Position numbers and translations under genes: made by a program | Source of the DNA: Candidatus Magasanikiibacteriota bacterium | GTDB taxonomy: Bacteria; Patescibacteriota; Patescibacteriia; Magasanikbacterales; GWA2-37-8 | Reading direction: 5' to 3' | Length of the DNA: 49,773 bases | Assembly: GCA_046590235.1 (NCBI GenBank) | Contig: JBKJTY010000021.1 | Location: forward strand, 1 to 49,773 | The notes under the pieces: generated by a model | The model's database searches: none | What the model saw: only the letters and a program-made list of their open reading frames with translations | Told to the model about the DNA's origin: nothing | Shown: positions 1 to 9,099 of the stretch, in pieces | How the letters are laid out: each line of letters starts with the position of its first letter | Position numbering within the stretch: position 1 is the stretch's first letter

Positions 1-1
1 C

Positions 2-523
2 CACTACGCGGCACTCATGGTTAAAAAAAATAAAACAGTAGCAGGTACCGTTGGTATTGCTGGACAAACAGCTGTGTTGTTAGAAATTAATGTTGCTGGA
101 ACAGTACATGAAGCTCTGAGTATTAATACCTGGTCACCTGAAAAAAAATTAGTAACGCAACCGATGTGGAAGACAGAGGTGGAATTACAAAATACAGGTA
201 CTATATCTTTGCCTATCACCGGAAAAATACAAATTACCAATTGGCGCGGGCAGCAAGTAGCTGAAGAGCCGCTACAGCTCGGTAACCGGTTTGTGCCAAA
301 TGCAAAACGCGTACTGGCTCCAACCCTTTCCAGTAAACTTTTCTGGCCAGGCCCTTATCGCGCAGATTTGATAGTTACCTATGGCCGGAGCCAAGCGCTC
401 GCTCGCGCCTCACAAACAATCTGGTATGTTCCTTCATGGAGTATTGGTGCTGTATTAGGAATAATTATTGCATTATTACTAGTGCTCAGGTTCGGGCGGA
501 CATCTACGCCAACGTATGAATAA
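2..523 (+). CDS. Membrane-anchored Ig-like/DUF916-like surface protein, C-terminal part (5'-truncated by window edge)
   Basis: Frame is open from position 2 (HYAALMV...). Beta-rich body (LQNTGT...ITGKIQI, GPYRADLIVTYG) and a C-terminal TM helix (WSIGAVLGIIIALLLVLR). Family assignment is by recollection only. Confidence 0.6.
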   Translation, partial: HYAALMVKKNKTVAGTVGIAGQTAVLLEINVAGTVHEALSINTWSPEKKLVTQPMWKTEVELQNTGTISLPITGKIQITNWRGQQVAEEPLQLGNRFVPNAKRVLAPTLSSKLFWPGPYRADLIVTYGRSQALARASQTIWYVPSWSIGAVLGIIIALLLVLRFGRTSTPTYE

Positions 524-3500
524 AAAATTGCCAATACTTATCATCTATAGCGCATTTTTGGTAGGAACATTCCTGCCATTCTTTGCTGTTCAAGCAACTG
601 ATACAACAACAACACTTAATGTCGGGCTTACCATACCAGGTGGTGACGACGATGGCGATAACGATGATGGTGGAGTTAATGAGCAGCCCCCAACTGATAA
701 TGCGCCCTCAATAAGTAATGTGATTGCGACACCTGGCACCACAACAGTTACCGTTACTTGGTCTGCCAGCGACGACAAGGGTATCAGCTCTGTGGCTTTT
801 AATTATGGCACAACCCTTTCGTATGGTTCAGCTGGAACAGTTGGAGAAAATTATCAAACTCAAATTAGTAGTTTACAACCGAGCACGCAGTATTATTTTA
901 AAATCAGTGTAACGGATAGTGTTGGGCATATCACCGAACATACAAGCACTTTCACCACCCAGTCCGCTGCCGACACAACCGCTCCTAGCATTAGCGCTAT
1001 CACCGTGGCTGCCGGTGTCACTACGACTACGATCCAATGGAGCGTAAACGAGCTTGCAACTGGCCAGATCTCGTATGGTCTGACACCGAGTTATGGACTA
1101 AGTGCATTATCAGATAATGGAAGCTCGTTAACGCACACAATTTCATTATCAAGCCTGCTTTCAAATACTACATATCATTATCGCCTGACAGCAACCGATG
1201 CACTTGGAAATAGTAGTTCAACAATCGATGCTACTTTTCTTACAAGTCAAGATATAACACCGCCAGCAAATCCAGGCAACGTCACCGCAGCCACCACAAC
1301 AGATTCCATCGTGCTCAGTTGGACTAACCCGCTTGATAGTGATTTTAGCGGTGTAACAATAGTCCGCAAAACAGGCAGTGCACCTACGAACCGGACTGAC
1401 GGTACAACAGTGTACACCGGTAGTGAACAAGGGTTCACTGATGGTACCGTAAGTGGTAATGTCACTTATTATTATAGTTTATTTTCTTTTGATACTTCCA
1501 ACAATTACAGCTCAGGAGCTAGTGTGGGCGGTCGCGTCACTGTATTTGTCGTCAATGAAATCTGCGGCAATACAATAGATGATGATAGAAATGGCCAAGC
1601 GGATTGTGCTGATAATGTTTGTTCTGCCTATCCAGCCTGCCAACCAAAATTAGAAATTTGTAACAACAGCATCGATGACGACACTAACGGATTAACCGAC
1701 TGTTCTGACCCGGTTTGTTCTGGTGCAAATTATTGCGCAGTAACAAATGAGGTTTGTAATAATGGATTTGATGATGACAGTAATGGAAAAACCGACTGCG
1801 ATGACGTTGCTTGCTTTGCTTTCTCTAGTTGTAAAACTATTATACCAAATGATTATCAACCGCCAACCAGCACCATTTCAGATTTCGCTCGCATCACATT
1901 GGCTGACGTCCAATTTTTAGGAGCAGGCCGGACAGTAGTTCTTCAGCAATCAAATGGTAAGGTCACTAGCTTGGCAGGCACCACTCTAACCACTGGTATT
2001 AAAAAAAGTAAGTTAGCCGGAACGCCATCTAGTGTGGTGCTAGTAGTCGATGGCAGCGATCGCTACCAGATGGCTTTAAACGAAGGTGATCAAACCTATT
2101 ACACTGATAGTATTTTCCCGCGTGCAGGTTTACACATGAGTGGTATCGAAGTTGATTATGGTAGCGGGATCCGGGATAATGTGAGTTTCACCCTCGAAGG
2201 CCTGTCATATGGTACGGTCAAAGCCGGCGATAATCCGCTCGATGGTGCGACCATTGTTCTTCTCTATTCAAACGGAAAAGCAATACCAAACACCACACCT
2301 ATAATGACCGTGAACGGTTTGTATGGCATTGTTGTGCCAAATGGTTCCTATAGCCTGAAGGTAACAAAACAAGGTTTTTACGATCGAGTCAGTCCAACAA
2401 TTGTAGTTGCTACCAATGTCATTAATACTGATTTTAGTTTAATCGAACAACCGCCTGATATACTTGAGGTAATTAGCGCGACGTCAACCTTAGCACAAAA
2501 TGTCGGAAACATTGCTAAAAATATTTCAGCTAAAACAAAAGCTGCAGCAGAGCTAGGTGTGCAAAAATTGAAAGATACAGCAGCGGTTGTTCAAGAGTTT
2601 ACAGAAAATCCGGTCGTACAAGAGCAGGCCAGCCAAGTGGTTGCGCCAACCGCTGTTACCGTTACTGCTGTAGGTACCATCGCGATTGCTTCGTGGGGCA
2701 ACCTCATACCGTTCCTACGTTTGTTCTTCTTACAGCCACTCATGTTGCTCGGCCTCCGCCGTCGCAAGGGTTGGGGTCAGGTGTATAACACTCTCAGTAA
2801 AATGCCGGTTGATTTAGCAACGCTTCGTTTGCTCAACGCGGACACAGGAAAAGTTATCCAATCTAAAGTTACTGATAAAGAAGGTCGCTACGCCTTTGTG
2901 GTTAATCCTGGCAAGTACACCATCCAAGTTGTGAAAAATGGTTTCGCTTTTCCTTCTCTCTTGCTTGGTAACGCTAAAAACGATGGCCGCCGCACCGATA
3001 TTTATCATGGCGAAATAATTGAAGTAACCGCTAATGACGCAGTCATTACCGCTAATATTCCACTCGATCCAGCTGGTGAATATAAAAGACCAGCCCGCAT
3101 TTTCTGGCAGCGACTTGGTCGCACTTTGCAGGTTGCTTTGTCCTGGTTTGGTTTGGTTATCACTGTCGTATCATTATATATCTCACCACTTTGGTACGTT
3201 TGGGTTTTGTTTGGTGTGCACATCTTATTCTTTGTCGTCTTCCATCGCTTGGCTATTCCGAACAAAATCAAAAGCTGGGGTATTGCCTACGACTCCACTT
3301 CCAAAAAACCAATTGGTCGCGTTGTGGCTCGTTTATTCAACTCCGAATTTAATAAAATGGTTGCCACTCAAATTACTGATAGCAGCGGACGTTACTACTT
3401 CTTAGCTAGTGATGACAAATATTATGTTACCTACGACCATCCAGAATACGCCCCAGAAAAGACTAACGTCCTTGATTTGGGCGGTAAAGAAGCGGAAAAC

Positions 3501-3680
3501 ATTGCTGTCGATATCGGGCTTACCAAGGGTGGAAAGACAGCCTTACCTGCAACTCCAGCACCAGTCACCCCAGCTGCAGTGCCAGCCCAAGTGGTTACTA
3601 CTTCGTCTGCATCGAGTGGCGCTCTTCCGACAACACATATTGATCTAAACAACCCGCCTGAACCATCAAGTGGAGCCTAG
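516..3680 (+). CDS. Large surface/membrane protein with FN3-like domains, three Cys/Asp-rich repeats and carboxypeptidase-regulatory-like domains
   Basis: Signal peptide; FN3 motifs (LQPSTQYYFKI, LLSNTTYHYRL); 3x E(I/V)C.N..DDD.NG..DC.D..C; TDKEGRYAF and TDSSGRYYF motifs; internal TM segments. Overlaps the upstream stop. Confidence 0.8.
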   Translation: MNKKLPILIIYSAFLVGTFLPFFAVQATDTTTTLNVGLTIPGGDDDGDNDDGGVNEQPPTDNAPSISNVIATPGTTTVTVTWSASDDKGISSVAFNYGTTLSYGSAGTVGENYQTQISSLQPSTQYYFKISVTDSVGHITEHTSTFTTQSAADTTAPSISAITVAAGVTTTTIQWSVNELATGQISYGLTPSYGLSALSDNGSSLTHTISLSSLLSNTTYHYRLTATDALGNSSSTIDATFLTSQDITPPANPGNVTAATTTDSIVLSWTNPLDSDFSGVTIVRKTGSAPTNRTDGTTVYTGSEQGFTDGTVSGNVTYYYSLFSFDTSNNYSSGASVGGRVTVFVVNEICGNTIDDDRNGQADCADNVCSAYPACQPKLEICNNSIDDDTNGLTDCSDPVCSGANYCAVTNEVCNNGFDDDSNGKTDCDDVACFAFSSCKTIIPNDYQPPTSTISDFARITLADVQFLGAGRTVVLQQSNGKVTSLAGTTLTTGIKKSKLAGTPSSVVLVVDGSDRYQMALNEGDQTYYTDSIFPRAGLHMSGIEVDYGSGIRDNVSFTLEGLSYGTVKAGDNPLDGATIVLLYSNGKAIPNTTPIMTVNGLYGIVVPNGSYSLKVTKQGFYDRVSPTIVVATNVINTDFSLIEQPPDILEVISATSTLAQNVGNIAKNISAKTKAAAELGVQKLKDTAAVVQEFTENPVVQEQASQVVAPTAVTVTAVGTIAIASWGNLIPFLRLFFLQPLMLLGLRRRKGWGQVYNTLSKMPVDLATLRLLNADTGKVIQSKVTDKEGRYAFVVNPGKYTIQVVKNGFAFPSLLLGNAKNDGRRTDIYHGEIIEVTANDAVITANIPLDPAGEYKRPARIFWQRLGRTLQVALSWFGLVITVVSLYISPLWYVWVLFGVHILFFVVFHRLAIPNKIKSWGIAYDSTSKKPIGRVVARLFNSEFNKMVATQITDSSGRYYFLASDDKYYVTYDHPEYAPEKTNVLDLGGKEAENIAVDIGLTKGGKTALPATPAPVTPAAVPAQVVTTSSASSGALPTTHIDLNNPPEPSSGA

Positions 3681-3731
3681 ACATTAAGCTATAGAGGTGC
3701 TACGGTACCTCTAGCTTATTAACCATTTTTT

Positions 3732-4496
3732 ATGTCTATTATGTTCCTCTATCTAGCGTTCTTGGTCTTTCTCGTTATTGCTTTAGGCCTCCGCATCGTT
3801 AACCAGTATCAGCGAGGTGTCGTATTCCGTTTTGGTAAGATCGTTACCACCAAAGAAGCCGGTCTCAATTGGATTATCCCATTCATCGATCAGATGACCA
3901 AAGTCGACATGCGCACGGTTACCATGCCTGTGCCAAACCAGAAGACTATCACTAAAGACAATGTCTCGGTCGATGTATCTGCTGTTGCGTATTATAAGGT
4001 GGTAGACCCGATCAAGAGTATCGTTGCTATTGAAAATGTCATGTCCGCTATCAACCAAATCGCTCAAACTTCCATTCGTAACATTGTTGGTAAGTTCCAA
4101 CTGGACGAAATCCTCAGTGAACGAGAAGCGATCAACAAAGAACTTGCCCACGTACTCGACACACAAACTGAAAATTGGGGAGTGGTAGTACCAATTGTTG
4201 AAATCAAAGATATTGAGCTCCCAGAAGGTATGCAGCGCGCCATGGCGAAACAGGCTGAGGCGGAACGTGAGAAGCGTGCCAAGATTATCGCCGCAGAAGG
4301 TGAATTCCTGGCCTCACAAAAGTTGGCAGACACTGCTGACATCATGGCTGCCCATCCAATCGCGCTTCAGTTACGTAATTTACAGACTATGGCAGAAATC
4401 GCCGTGGAGAAGAACTCAACCATCATTTTCCCAGCGCAGTTTATGGGAACCATTTCAGACATTAAACGATTTATTGCGGACGAAGGTATTAAGTAA
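3732..4496 (+). CDS. SPFH/band 7 (stomatin/slipin) family protein
   Basis: N-terminal TM; YQRGVVFRFGK, TKDNVSVDV, RAMAKQAEAEREKRAKIIAAEGE, ALQLRNLQT. Confidence 0.93.
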   Translation: MSIMFLYLAFLVFLVIALGLRIVNQYQRGVVFRFGKIVTTKEAGLNWIIPFIDQMTKVDMRTVTMPVPNQKTITKDNVSVDVSAVAYYKVVDPIKSIVAIENVMSAINQIAQTSIRNIVGKFQLDEILSEREAINKELAHVLDTQTENWGVVVPIVEIKDIELPEGMQRAMAKQAEAEREKRAKIIAAEGEFLASQKLADTADIMAAHPIALQLRNLQTMAEIAVEKNSTIIFPAQFMGTISDIKRFIADEGIK

Positions 4497-4506
4497 GAAG
4501 AAAATA

Positions 4507-4545
4507 ATAAAAAATCCGGGCAATACTACTCGGATTTTTTATTTT
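4507..4545 (+). terminator. Intrinsic terminator after SPFH gene
   Basis: ataaaaaatccg...cggattttttat inverted repeat with T tract. Confidence 0.75.
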
Positions 4546-4569
4546 GGCTAAGATAAGCCAAAAAAGACC

Positions 4570-4598
4570 TTGACAAAACACGAAAAGTATGCTATACT
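4570..4598 (+). promoter_or_regulatory. Sigma70-type promoter with extended -10
   Basis: TTGACA-17 bp-TATACT with TG upstream of the -10. Confidence 0.8.
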
Positions 4599-4605
4599 AT
4601 ATACA

Positions 4606-4732
4606 TAAGATCTTAGTTACCGCGGTTAACAACCAACAATATTCAAAGGAAGTGTGAAGCGACTCTTGAGTGAGCCAATGTCTTCACGATAGTTCTTTCG
4701 TCGGGTAATTAATCAATCTTATTATTTTTTTT
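4606..4732 (+). ncRNA. Candidate structured RNA / leader (~120 nt rod)
   Basis: Starts just after the promoter. ataagat/atcttat, ttagttacc/ggtaattaa, aaagga/ttcttt and gtgaag/cttcac pair in nested order; a T tract follows. Family not recognised. Confidence 0.5.
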
Positions 4733-4752
4733 GCCAAATTTATTTTAAACAT

Positions 4753-4887
4753 ATGAATACTGAATTCAAAACACATCCATTACTTAAAGAAGTTAGTGAA
4801 GAAGTAGCTGCCGTTACTCTTGGTCTCTTTGTCCTTGTACTCTGGGGCGGTATGTTCCCAATGACTGTCTTTGCGGCGATCTCTTAA
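4753..4887 (+). CDS. 44-aa small hydrophobic protein (not in ORF track)
   Basis: MNTEFKTHPLLKEVSEEVAAVTLGLFVLVLWGGMFPMTVFAAIS*. Host-like AT-rich start context; terminator follows. Confidence 0.55.
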   Translation: MNTEFKTHPLLKEVSEEVAAVTLGLFVLVLWGGMFPMTVFAAIS

Positions 4888-4896
4888 ATCATCATA

Positions 4897-4920
4897 AGCT
4901 GGGCTGTCCGCCCAGTTTTT
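4897..4920 (+). terminator. Intrinsic terminator
   Basis: ctgggc-tgtcc-gcccag followed by ttttt. Confidence 0.7.
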
Positions 4921-4932
4921 AATTCCTATCAT

Positions 4933-5271
4933 ATGCATACTAGCGAAGGAGCTCGTGAATCACGTTGGTTACCGAGTGTTTTTACCAAAACAGAACAATT
5001 AAATAAAGGATACCGACTTAACGAGCCAACAAATCGTGATCAATACGCTGCGCGCGGTTTATCAGTTCCAGAATGCCGTACTTACGCTATCAACAATGAT
5101 ATTGTGGCGGCGGTGGATGATGCCGGCAATATTTCGGTGGTCATGAATAAAAGTGGTGATCAGAACCGACTCGACAGTATCCAGGCAGCCATCGAAGAAA
5201 TCGAACAAATGGGATACAAACAAGCAAGCTTCTATGTCCCGACCTATGAAAAGCCGCCAAGTCAGCAATAA
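4933..5271 (+). CDS. Hypothetical protein
   Basis: 112-aa ORF between two terminators; no motif recognised. Confidence 0.6.
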   Translation: MHTSEGARESRWLPSVFTKTEQLNKGYRLNEPTNRDQYAARGLSVPECRTYAINNDIVAAVDDAGNISVVMNKSGDQNRLDSIQAAIEEIEQMGYKQASFYVPTYEKPPSQQ

Positions 5272-5279
5272 AAGAGAAT

Positions 5280-5308
5280 AAAAAATCACCACAAAATGGT
5301 GATTTTTT
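5280..5308. terminator. Bidirectional terminator
   Basis: aaaaaatcacca-caaaa-tggtgatttttt between convergent genes. Confidence 0.75.
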
Positions 5309-5372
5309 AGTACGGGGCGATGGGAGGAGTCTTATCTCTACCATCGCCCGGGATCGCGGACGTTCGCGATTG

Positions 5373-5873
5373 TTAGTTCGTGGTGGGCGGCTTCCAGCCC
5401 TGGAGCTCGTCCAGCGACGTGCCGAGGCGAAGATCAAACTTCTTGAGGGTCTTCCGGAGTGCCTCTTCAGTTGCCGGACCAAAACGGCGGCCTCGCTTCT
5501 TCTCACCATCCGTCTTCTGGAGGTCGAGGATGGTCTTCTGGATCAGTTCGCCGATGAAGGTGATGCCGAGGCTCTTGCAGACAGCGTGGACACGGTTGTT
5601 CGTGTCGCCGAAGTCGATGCTGGTGATCCTCTGGTTGAGCCTTTCCCAGAGGTTGGCCTGGAGCAGCTCAGACGCGAGCTTCCCCGTCTCTTTGTTCTTG
5701 ACGCCGGACTTCTCGATTACTTCGGCGATGTACTTGCCGAGATCACACTGCTTCTCGAAGGACAGGTTGCCCTCCCAGCTGATTGTCATCGAGCGGCTGC
5801 TGGAATCGCCGATGTCGATGGTAAAGCCGTTGTTGGTTGAGACAGAAGCCTGCTGCGTCACACTGAGCTTCAT
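5373..5873 (-). CDS. Stand-alone protein with RNA polymerase alpha C-terminal-domain-like region
   Basis: C-half NNRVHAVCKSLGITFIGELIQKT..DLQKT...FG...L...DLRLG...WKPP aligns by eye with E. coli alpha-CTD ([28 protein letters not shown]..LG...GLSLG...WPP). GGAGA SD precedes the ATG at 5873. Confidence 0.7.
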   Translation of the reverse strand: MKLSVTQQASVSTNNGFTIDIGDSSSRSMTISWEGNLSFEKQCDLGKYIAEVIEKSGVKNKETGKLASELLQANLWERLNQRITSIDFGDTNNRVHAVCKSLGITFIGELIQKTILDLQKTDGEKKRGRRFGPATEEALRKTLKKFDLRLGTSLDELQGWKPPTTN

Positions 5874-5945
5874 TGGTATCTCCAAAAAATGTACTGCGTC
5901 CAACATTGGACGAGGCCTTGTTTCCGTTCCCGGACAAGACAGATT

Positions 5946-5974
5946 ACACTATCAGTTTTAAAGAGAAATGTCAA
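5946..5974 (-). promoter_or_regulatory. Sigma70-type promoter for alpha-CTD-like gene
   Basis: Minus strand TTGACA-17 bp-TAGTGT with TG extension. Confidence 0.55.
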
Positions 5975-5991
5975 TACTTAAGCGGAAAAGA

Positions 5992-6019
5992 TTGACTTTC
6001 TGGCTCTTTCGGATATAAT
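5992..6019 (+). promoter_or_regulatory. Promoter for tRNA-Ala/ychF
   Basis: TTGACT-16 bp-TATAAT, 14 nt upstream of the tRNA. Confidence 0.7.
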
Positions 6020-6033
6020 GAAGGCACTTTAAT

Positions 6034-6107
6034 GGGCCATTAGCTCAGCTGGCTAGAGCGTCTGGCTGGCAGTCAGAAGGTCGTGGGTTCAAGTCCCACC
6101 TGGTCCA
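6034..6107 (+). tRNA. tRNA-Ala(GGC)
   Basis: Cloverleaf; anticodon loop CT-GGC-AG; G3:U70 Ala identity pair; GTTCAAGT T-loop; CCA not encoded. Confidence 0.95.
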
Positions 6108-6139
6108 CAAACCGGCTCTAAGCCGGCTTTTATAATCCT

Positions 6140-7210
6140 ATGTCATTTTCTATTGGTATCGTCGGTCTTCCGAATGTTGGTAAATCAACCTTGTTTAACG
6201 CACTTACTCGCAGTAAGCAAGCTTTGGCTGCGAATTATCCGTTTGCGACTATTGACCCTAATGTCGGTGTGGTTGAGGTGCCGGACGAACGTTTGGCTGC
6301 ACTCACTAAAACATCCAGTTCGGTTAAAACTATTCCTACTACGATTGAATTTATCGATATCGCTGGTATCGTGAAGGGTGCGTCCGAAGGTGAAGGTCTT
6401 GGTAACAAATTTTTGTCTCATATTCGAGAAGTAGACGCCATCGCTCAGGTGGTTCGCGCGTTTAGTGATGATAATATTATTCACGTGCATAATCGCGTTG
6501 ATCCAAAAGACGATGCGGCGATTATTAATACCGAACTTGCCCTAGCTGACATGCAAACGGTTGAGAAGCGTCTTGAAAATGCGAAACGCATGATGAAGGG
6601 TGTTGGTGTAAAAGAATTTGGTCCGCAGGTGGAGCTTTTCCAGCGTGTTAATGATCAGTTGCAAAAAGGTGAACCAGCTCGCGAGCTTACCTTTACTGAC
6701 GAAGAAATGGTAATCATGCGTGACTTACATTTGCTGACTATGAAGCCGATGTTGTACGTCGTGAATGTTGACGAAGGTGTTGGAAACACACCGCGCATTA
6801 GTGAAGCGGCAGCGCAAATTGAAATCTCTGCAAAGATTGAAGCAGAAGTTGCTGATTTATCTCCTGAAGAAGCGACAGCGTTCTTAAAAGAACTCGGTAT
6901 TACACAAACCGGTTTGGATAAATTGATTGTTGCCGGTTATAAACTTCTAAATCTTGTAACCTATTTCACGTCTGGCCCGGAAGAAACACGTGCCTGGACT
7001 GTGCAAACCAATACTACCGCCCCAAATGCGGCTGGTGTTATTCATACCGATTTCATCAAAGGCTTTGTAAAAGCCGATGTAATTAACTGGAAAGACTTCG
7101 TTGACTTTGGCGGCTGGAGTAAAATCAAGGAAACTGGTAAACTACGTCTAGAAGGTAAAGACTATATCGTTAAAGATGGCGATACTGTCTACTTCCACAT
7201 TAATAAGTAA
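6140..7210 (+). CDS. ychF: Redox-regulated ATPase YchF
   Basis: [49 protein letters not shown]-type C-terminus ([11 protein letters not shown]). Confidence 0.97.
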   Translation: MSFSIGIVGLPNVGKSTLFNALTRSKQALAANYPFATIDPNVGVVEVPDERLAALTKTSSSVKTIPTTIEFIDIAGIVKGASEGEGLGNKFLSHIREVDAIAQVVRAFSDDNIIHVHNRVDPKDDAAIINTELALADMQTVEKRLENAKRMMKGVGVKEFGPQVELFQRVNDQLQKGEPARELTFTDEEMVIMRDLHLLTMKPMLYVVNVDEGVGNTPRISEAAAQIEISAKIEAEVADLSPEEATAFLKELGITQTGLDKLIVAGYKLLNLVTYFTSGPEETRAWTVQTNTTAPNAAGVIHTDFIKGFVKADVINWKDFVDFGGWSKIKETGKLRLEGKDYIVKDGDTVYFHINK

Positions 7211-7220
7211 ATTATTTTGC

Positions 7221-7943
7221 ATGGGGATGCATCATAACCCCAACTTCATCCATCACCAGCCAGAAAAGCTGGGAACCTCACTATTACGTGAGATTGTTTT
7301 TGGTATGGAAGATGGAATGGTCTCGACTATGGGCGCGGTGACCGGTATCGCGGCCGCGAGTCAGAATTATTTTGTGGTTGTGTTATCAGGCTTGGTTATT
7401 ATTGCGGTTGAATCGGTATCAATGGGTGTGGGTTCGTACTTGTCTACAAAATCTGAAAAGGAAATTGACGAACGCAAGTTGCATGAAGAAAAAATTGAGC
7501 TTCGAAAATTTCCAGAAGAAGAACGGGTTGAGCTGGTTGGTATGTATGTAAAAGACGGCTGGCCAAAAAAGTTGGCGGAAGACATGGCGCTCGTTGCATC
7601 TAAAAATAAAAAACTCTTTTTACAAGAAATGGCCTACCGGGAATTAAAAGTTTTCCCAGATAAGATGGAAGAGCCTTTGCATAACGGTATTGCCATGGGT
7701 ATTTCCTATGTACTCGGCGGCAGTATCGCGCTTATTCCGTATTTATTTATCAAACAAGTGCATGTCGCGATTCCGTATTCGGTGTGCATCACGCTTGTCG
7801 GCCTGTTTGTTCTCGGCGCATATACTGCCAAGTTTTCAAAACGAAAGTGGTGGAAATCGGGTGCTGAAATGCTAGCCCTCGCAAGTGTGGCGGCTGGATT
7901 TGGGTATGTAGCAGGGCAGTTAGCTGAGTACTTTATTAAATAA
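7221..7943 (+). CDS. VIT1/CCC1 family metal transporter
   Basis: REIVFGMEDGMVST, SMGVGSYLSTKSE, several TMs. Start placed at MGMHH, after the ychF stop. Confidence 0.9.
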   Translation: MGMHHNPNFIHHQPEKLGTSLLREIVFGMEDGMVSTMGAVTGIAAASQNYFVVVLSGLVIIAVESVSMGVGSYLSTKSEKEIDERKLHEEKIELRKFPEEERVELVGMYVKDGWPKKLAEDMALVASKNKKLFLQEMAYRELKVFPDKMEEPLHNGIAMGISYVLGGSIALIPYLFIKQVHVAIPYSVCITLVGLFVLGAYTAKFSKRKWWKSGAEMLALASVAAGFGYVAGQLAEYFIK

Positions 7944-7972
7944 AATTTAGCTGGATATTTATCTAAAAAATT

Positions 7973-8578
7973 ATGAAAAAACTAGTCATCTTACAGATTG
8001 TTGGTTTAATGCTTCTTACCGGAGCAGGTTGTGAAACTCTTCCAGAACAACCGGCCGCAAACCAAACATCAGATACAACAGCAACCGAAGAAACACAAAC
8101 AACTCCGCAAGGACAACAGGGGAATGTGCCTGCTCAAAATACTAATACACAAAATAGACCTTCTAGTGCGGCATCAACTCCTGTAGACGAGGAAGAAGAA
8201 ACAAGCGTGATTGTTGAAGAAAGCAATCAAGAAAGAATTCAGTTTTTTGGTTATAACCCAACTCACCCGCGCAATTACGAAGCGCATCAATTGTTTGCTC
8301 CAAACAGCACACGAATGTCACTCGCCATTATCCGCGCTTCGCCAGCTGGAACAAAATTCTATGAAAAAAGTGCTTGGATTCCGCTCGATGCAGAAGGTTC
8401 TGCAATGGTAAAAGCGGGTGAAGATGCGGCGGCGGCAATGATGGTGGCGCACGAAGCGTTTGAAAATAAAAAAACAAACGCAGGCACTTTGTCAGATAAA
8501 GCTTACGCGGCGGTACAAAAATATGTTCAATCAATTGGGACGTTTGAAGCTAAATGGGGTGTGAGTGGCTTGAACTAA
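7973..8578 (+). CDS. Putative lipoprotein, hypothetical
   Basis: Signal peptide with LLTGAGC lipobox-like motif and a T/Q-rich linker. Confidence 0.7.
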   Translation: MKKLVILQIVGLMLLTGAGCETLPEQPAANQTSDTTATEETQTTPQGQQGNVPAQNTNTQNRPSSAASTPVDEEEETSVIVEESNQERIQFFGYNPTHPRNYEAHQLFAPNSTRMSLAIIRASPAGTKFYEKSAWIPLDAEGSAMVKAGEDAAAAMMVAHEAFENKKTNAGTLSDKAYAAVQKYVQSIGTFEAKWGVSGLN

Positions 8579-8587
8579 TCTTAATAC

Positions 8588-8615
8588 AAAAACCGGCCAC
8601 AGTGGTCGGTTTTTT
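8588..8615 (+). terminator. Intrinsic terminator
   Basis: aaaaaccggccac...gtggtcggtttttt. Confidence 0.7.
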
Positions 8616-8725
8616 AATCCCAACCATTGACGAAACAACGAAAATATGGTGGAGTAAGAGTAGTAACCTGATCAGCGTCAGGGTTTCATGAGGCTCACAT
8701 GGTGTGAGTTTCGACTGGAGGAGTC

Positions 8726-8995
8726 ATGCGTTTTCTGCTTGTCATTTGTCTGGTGCCATCCTTGGTGCTGGCCGAAGAAATTGACAGTGGTACGATTACG
8801 GATTGCCGAACATTATCCGGTGTTTTTCAAAGCATCCGGGTAGTGAGCGACAACGAAGGGTGCAAGGTGTACCGGGTCTACGGAGACAAATTGCCCCAAA
8901 AGATCGCGCAAAATGCCGACGAACTCATGGTATGCTACGAGATCCATGACGGGATCGTGCACGATCTCGAAGAAGACGGGTTCGCTTGCAAGTGA
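8726..8995 (+). CDS. Small secreted Cys-containing hypothetical protein
   Basis: GGAGGAG SD; signal peptide MRFLLVICLVPSLVLA; 4 Cys in the mature part. Confidence 0.65.
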   Translation: MRFLLVICLVPSLVLAEEIDSGTITDCRTLSGVFQSIRVVSDNEGCKVYRVYGDKLPQKIAQNADELMVCYEIHDGIVHDLEEDGFACK

Positions 8996-9062
8996 GCCAT
9001 CCCAACAACCGGGCCCCGGCGATATCAAAAGATATCGCCGGGCCTGAACTTACAACATAATT

Positions 9063-9089
9063 AAAAAACCACCCAAACGGGTGGTTTTT
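9063..9089. terminator. Bidirectional terminator
   Basis: aaaaaaccaccc-aaac-gggtggttttt between convergent genes. Confidence 0.75.
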
Positions 9090-9099
9090 ATTTATGGTA

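Noticed and set aside
4606-4732. Assignment of the structured RNA as SRP RNA, canonical 6S RNA or cobalamin riboswitch
   Set aside because: It lacks the SRP domain IV motif, is short with a one-sided bulge unlike typical 6S, and has only scattered similarity to B12-box words. Left unassigned.
5370-5961. Long plus-strand ORFs 5370-5840 and 5380-5961
   Set aside because: Probable shadows of the GC-rich minus-strand gene, which has an SD, a promoter and alpha-CTD similarity.
6040-6100. tRNA-Ala as a pseudogene because of a U7:C66 mismatch and missing CCA
   Set aside because: All other arms and G3:U70 are intact, it has a good promoter, and two other tRNAs here also lack encoded CCA.
5311-9045. 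3' hairpins of orphan genes as integron attC sites
   Set aside because: No convincing RYYYAAC...GTTRRRY boxes, cassettes are not arrayed, and no intI is in the window.
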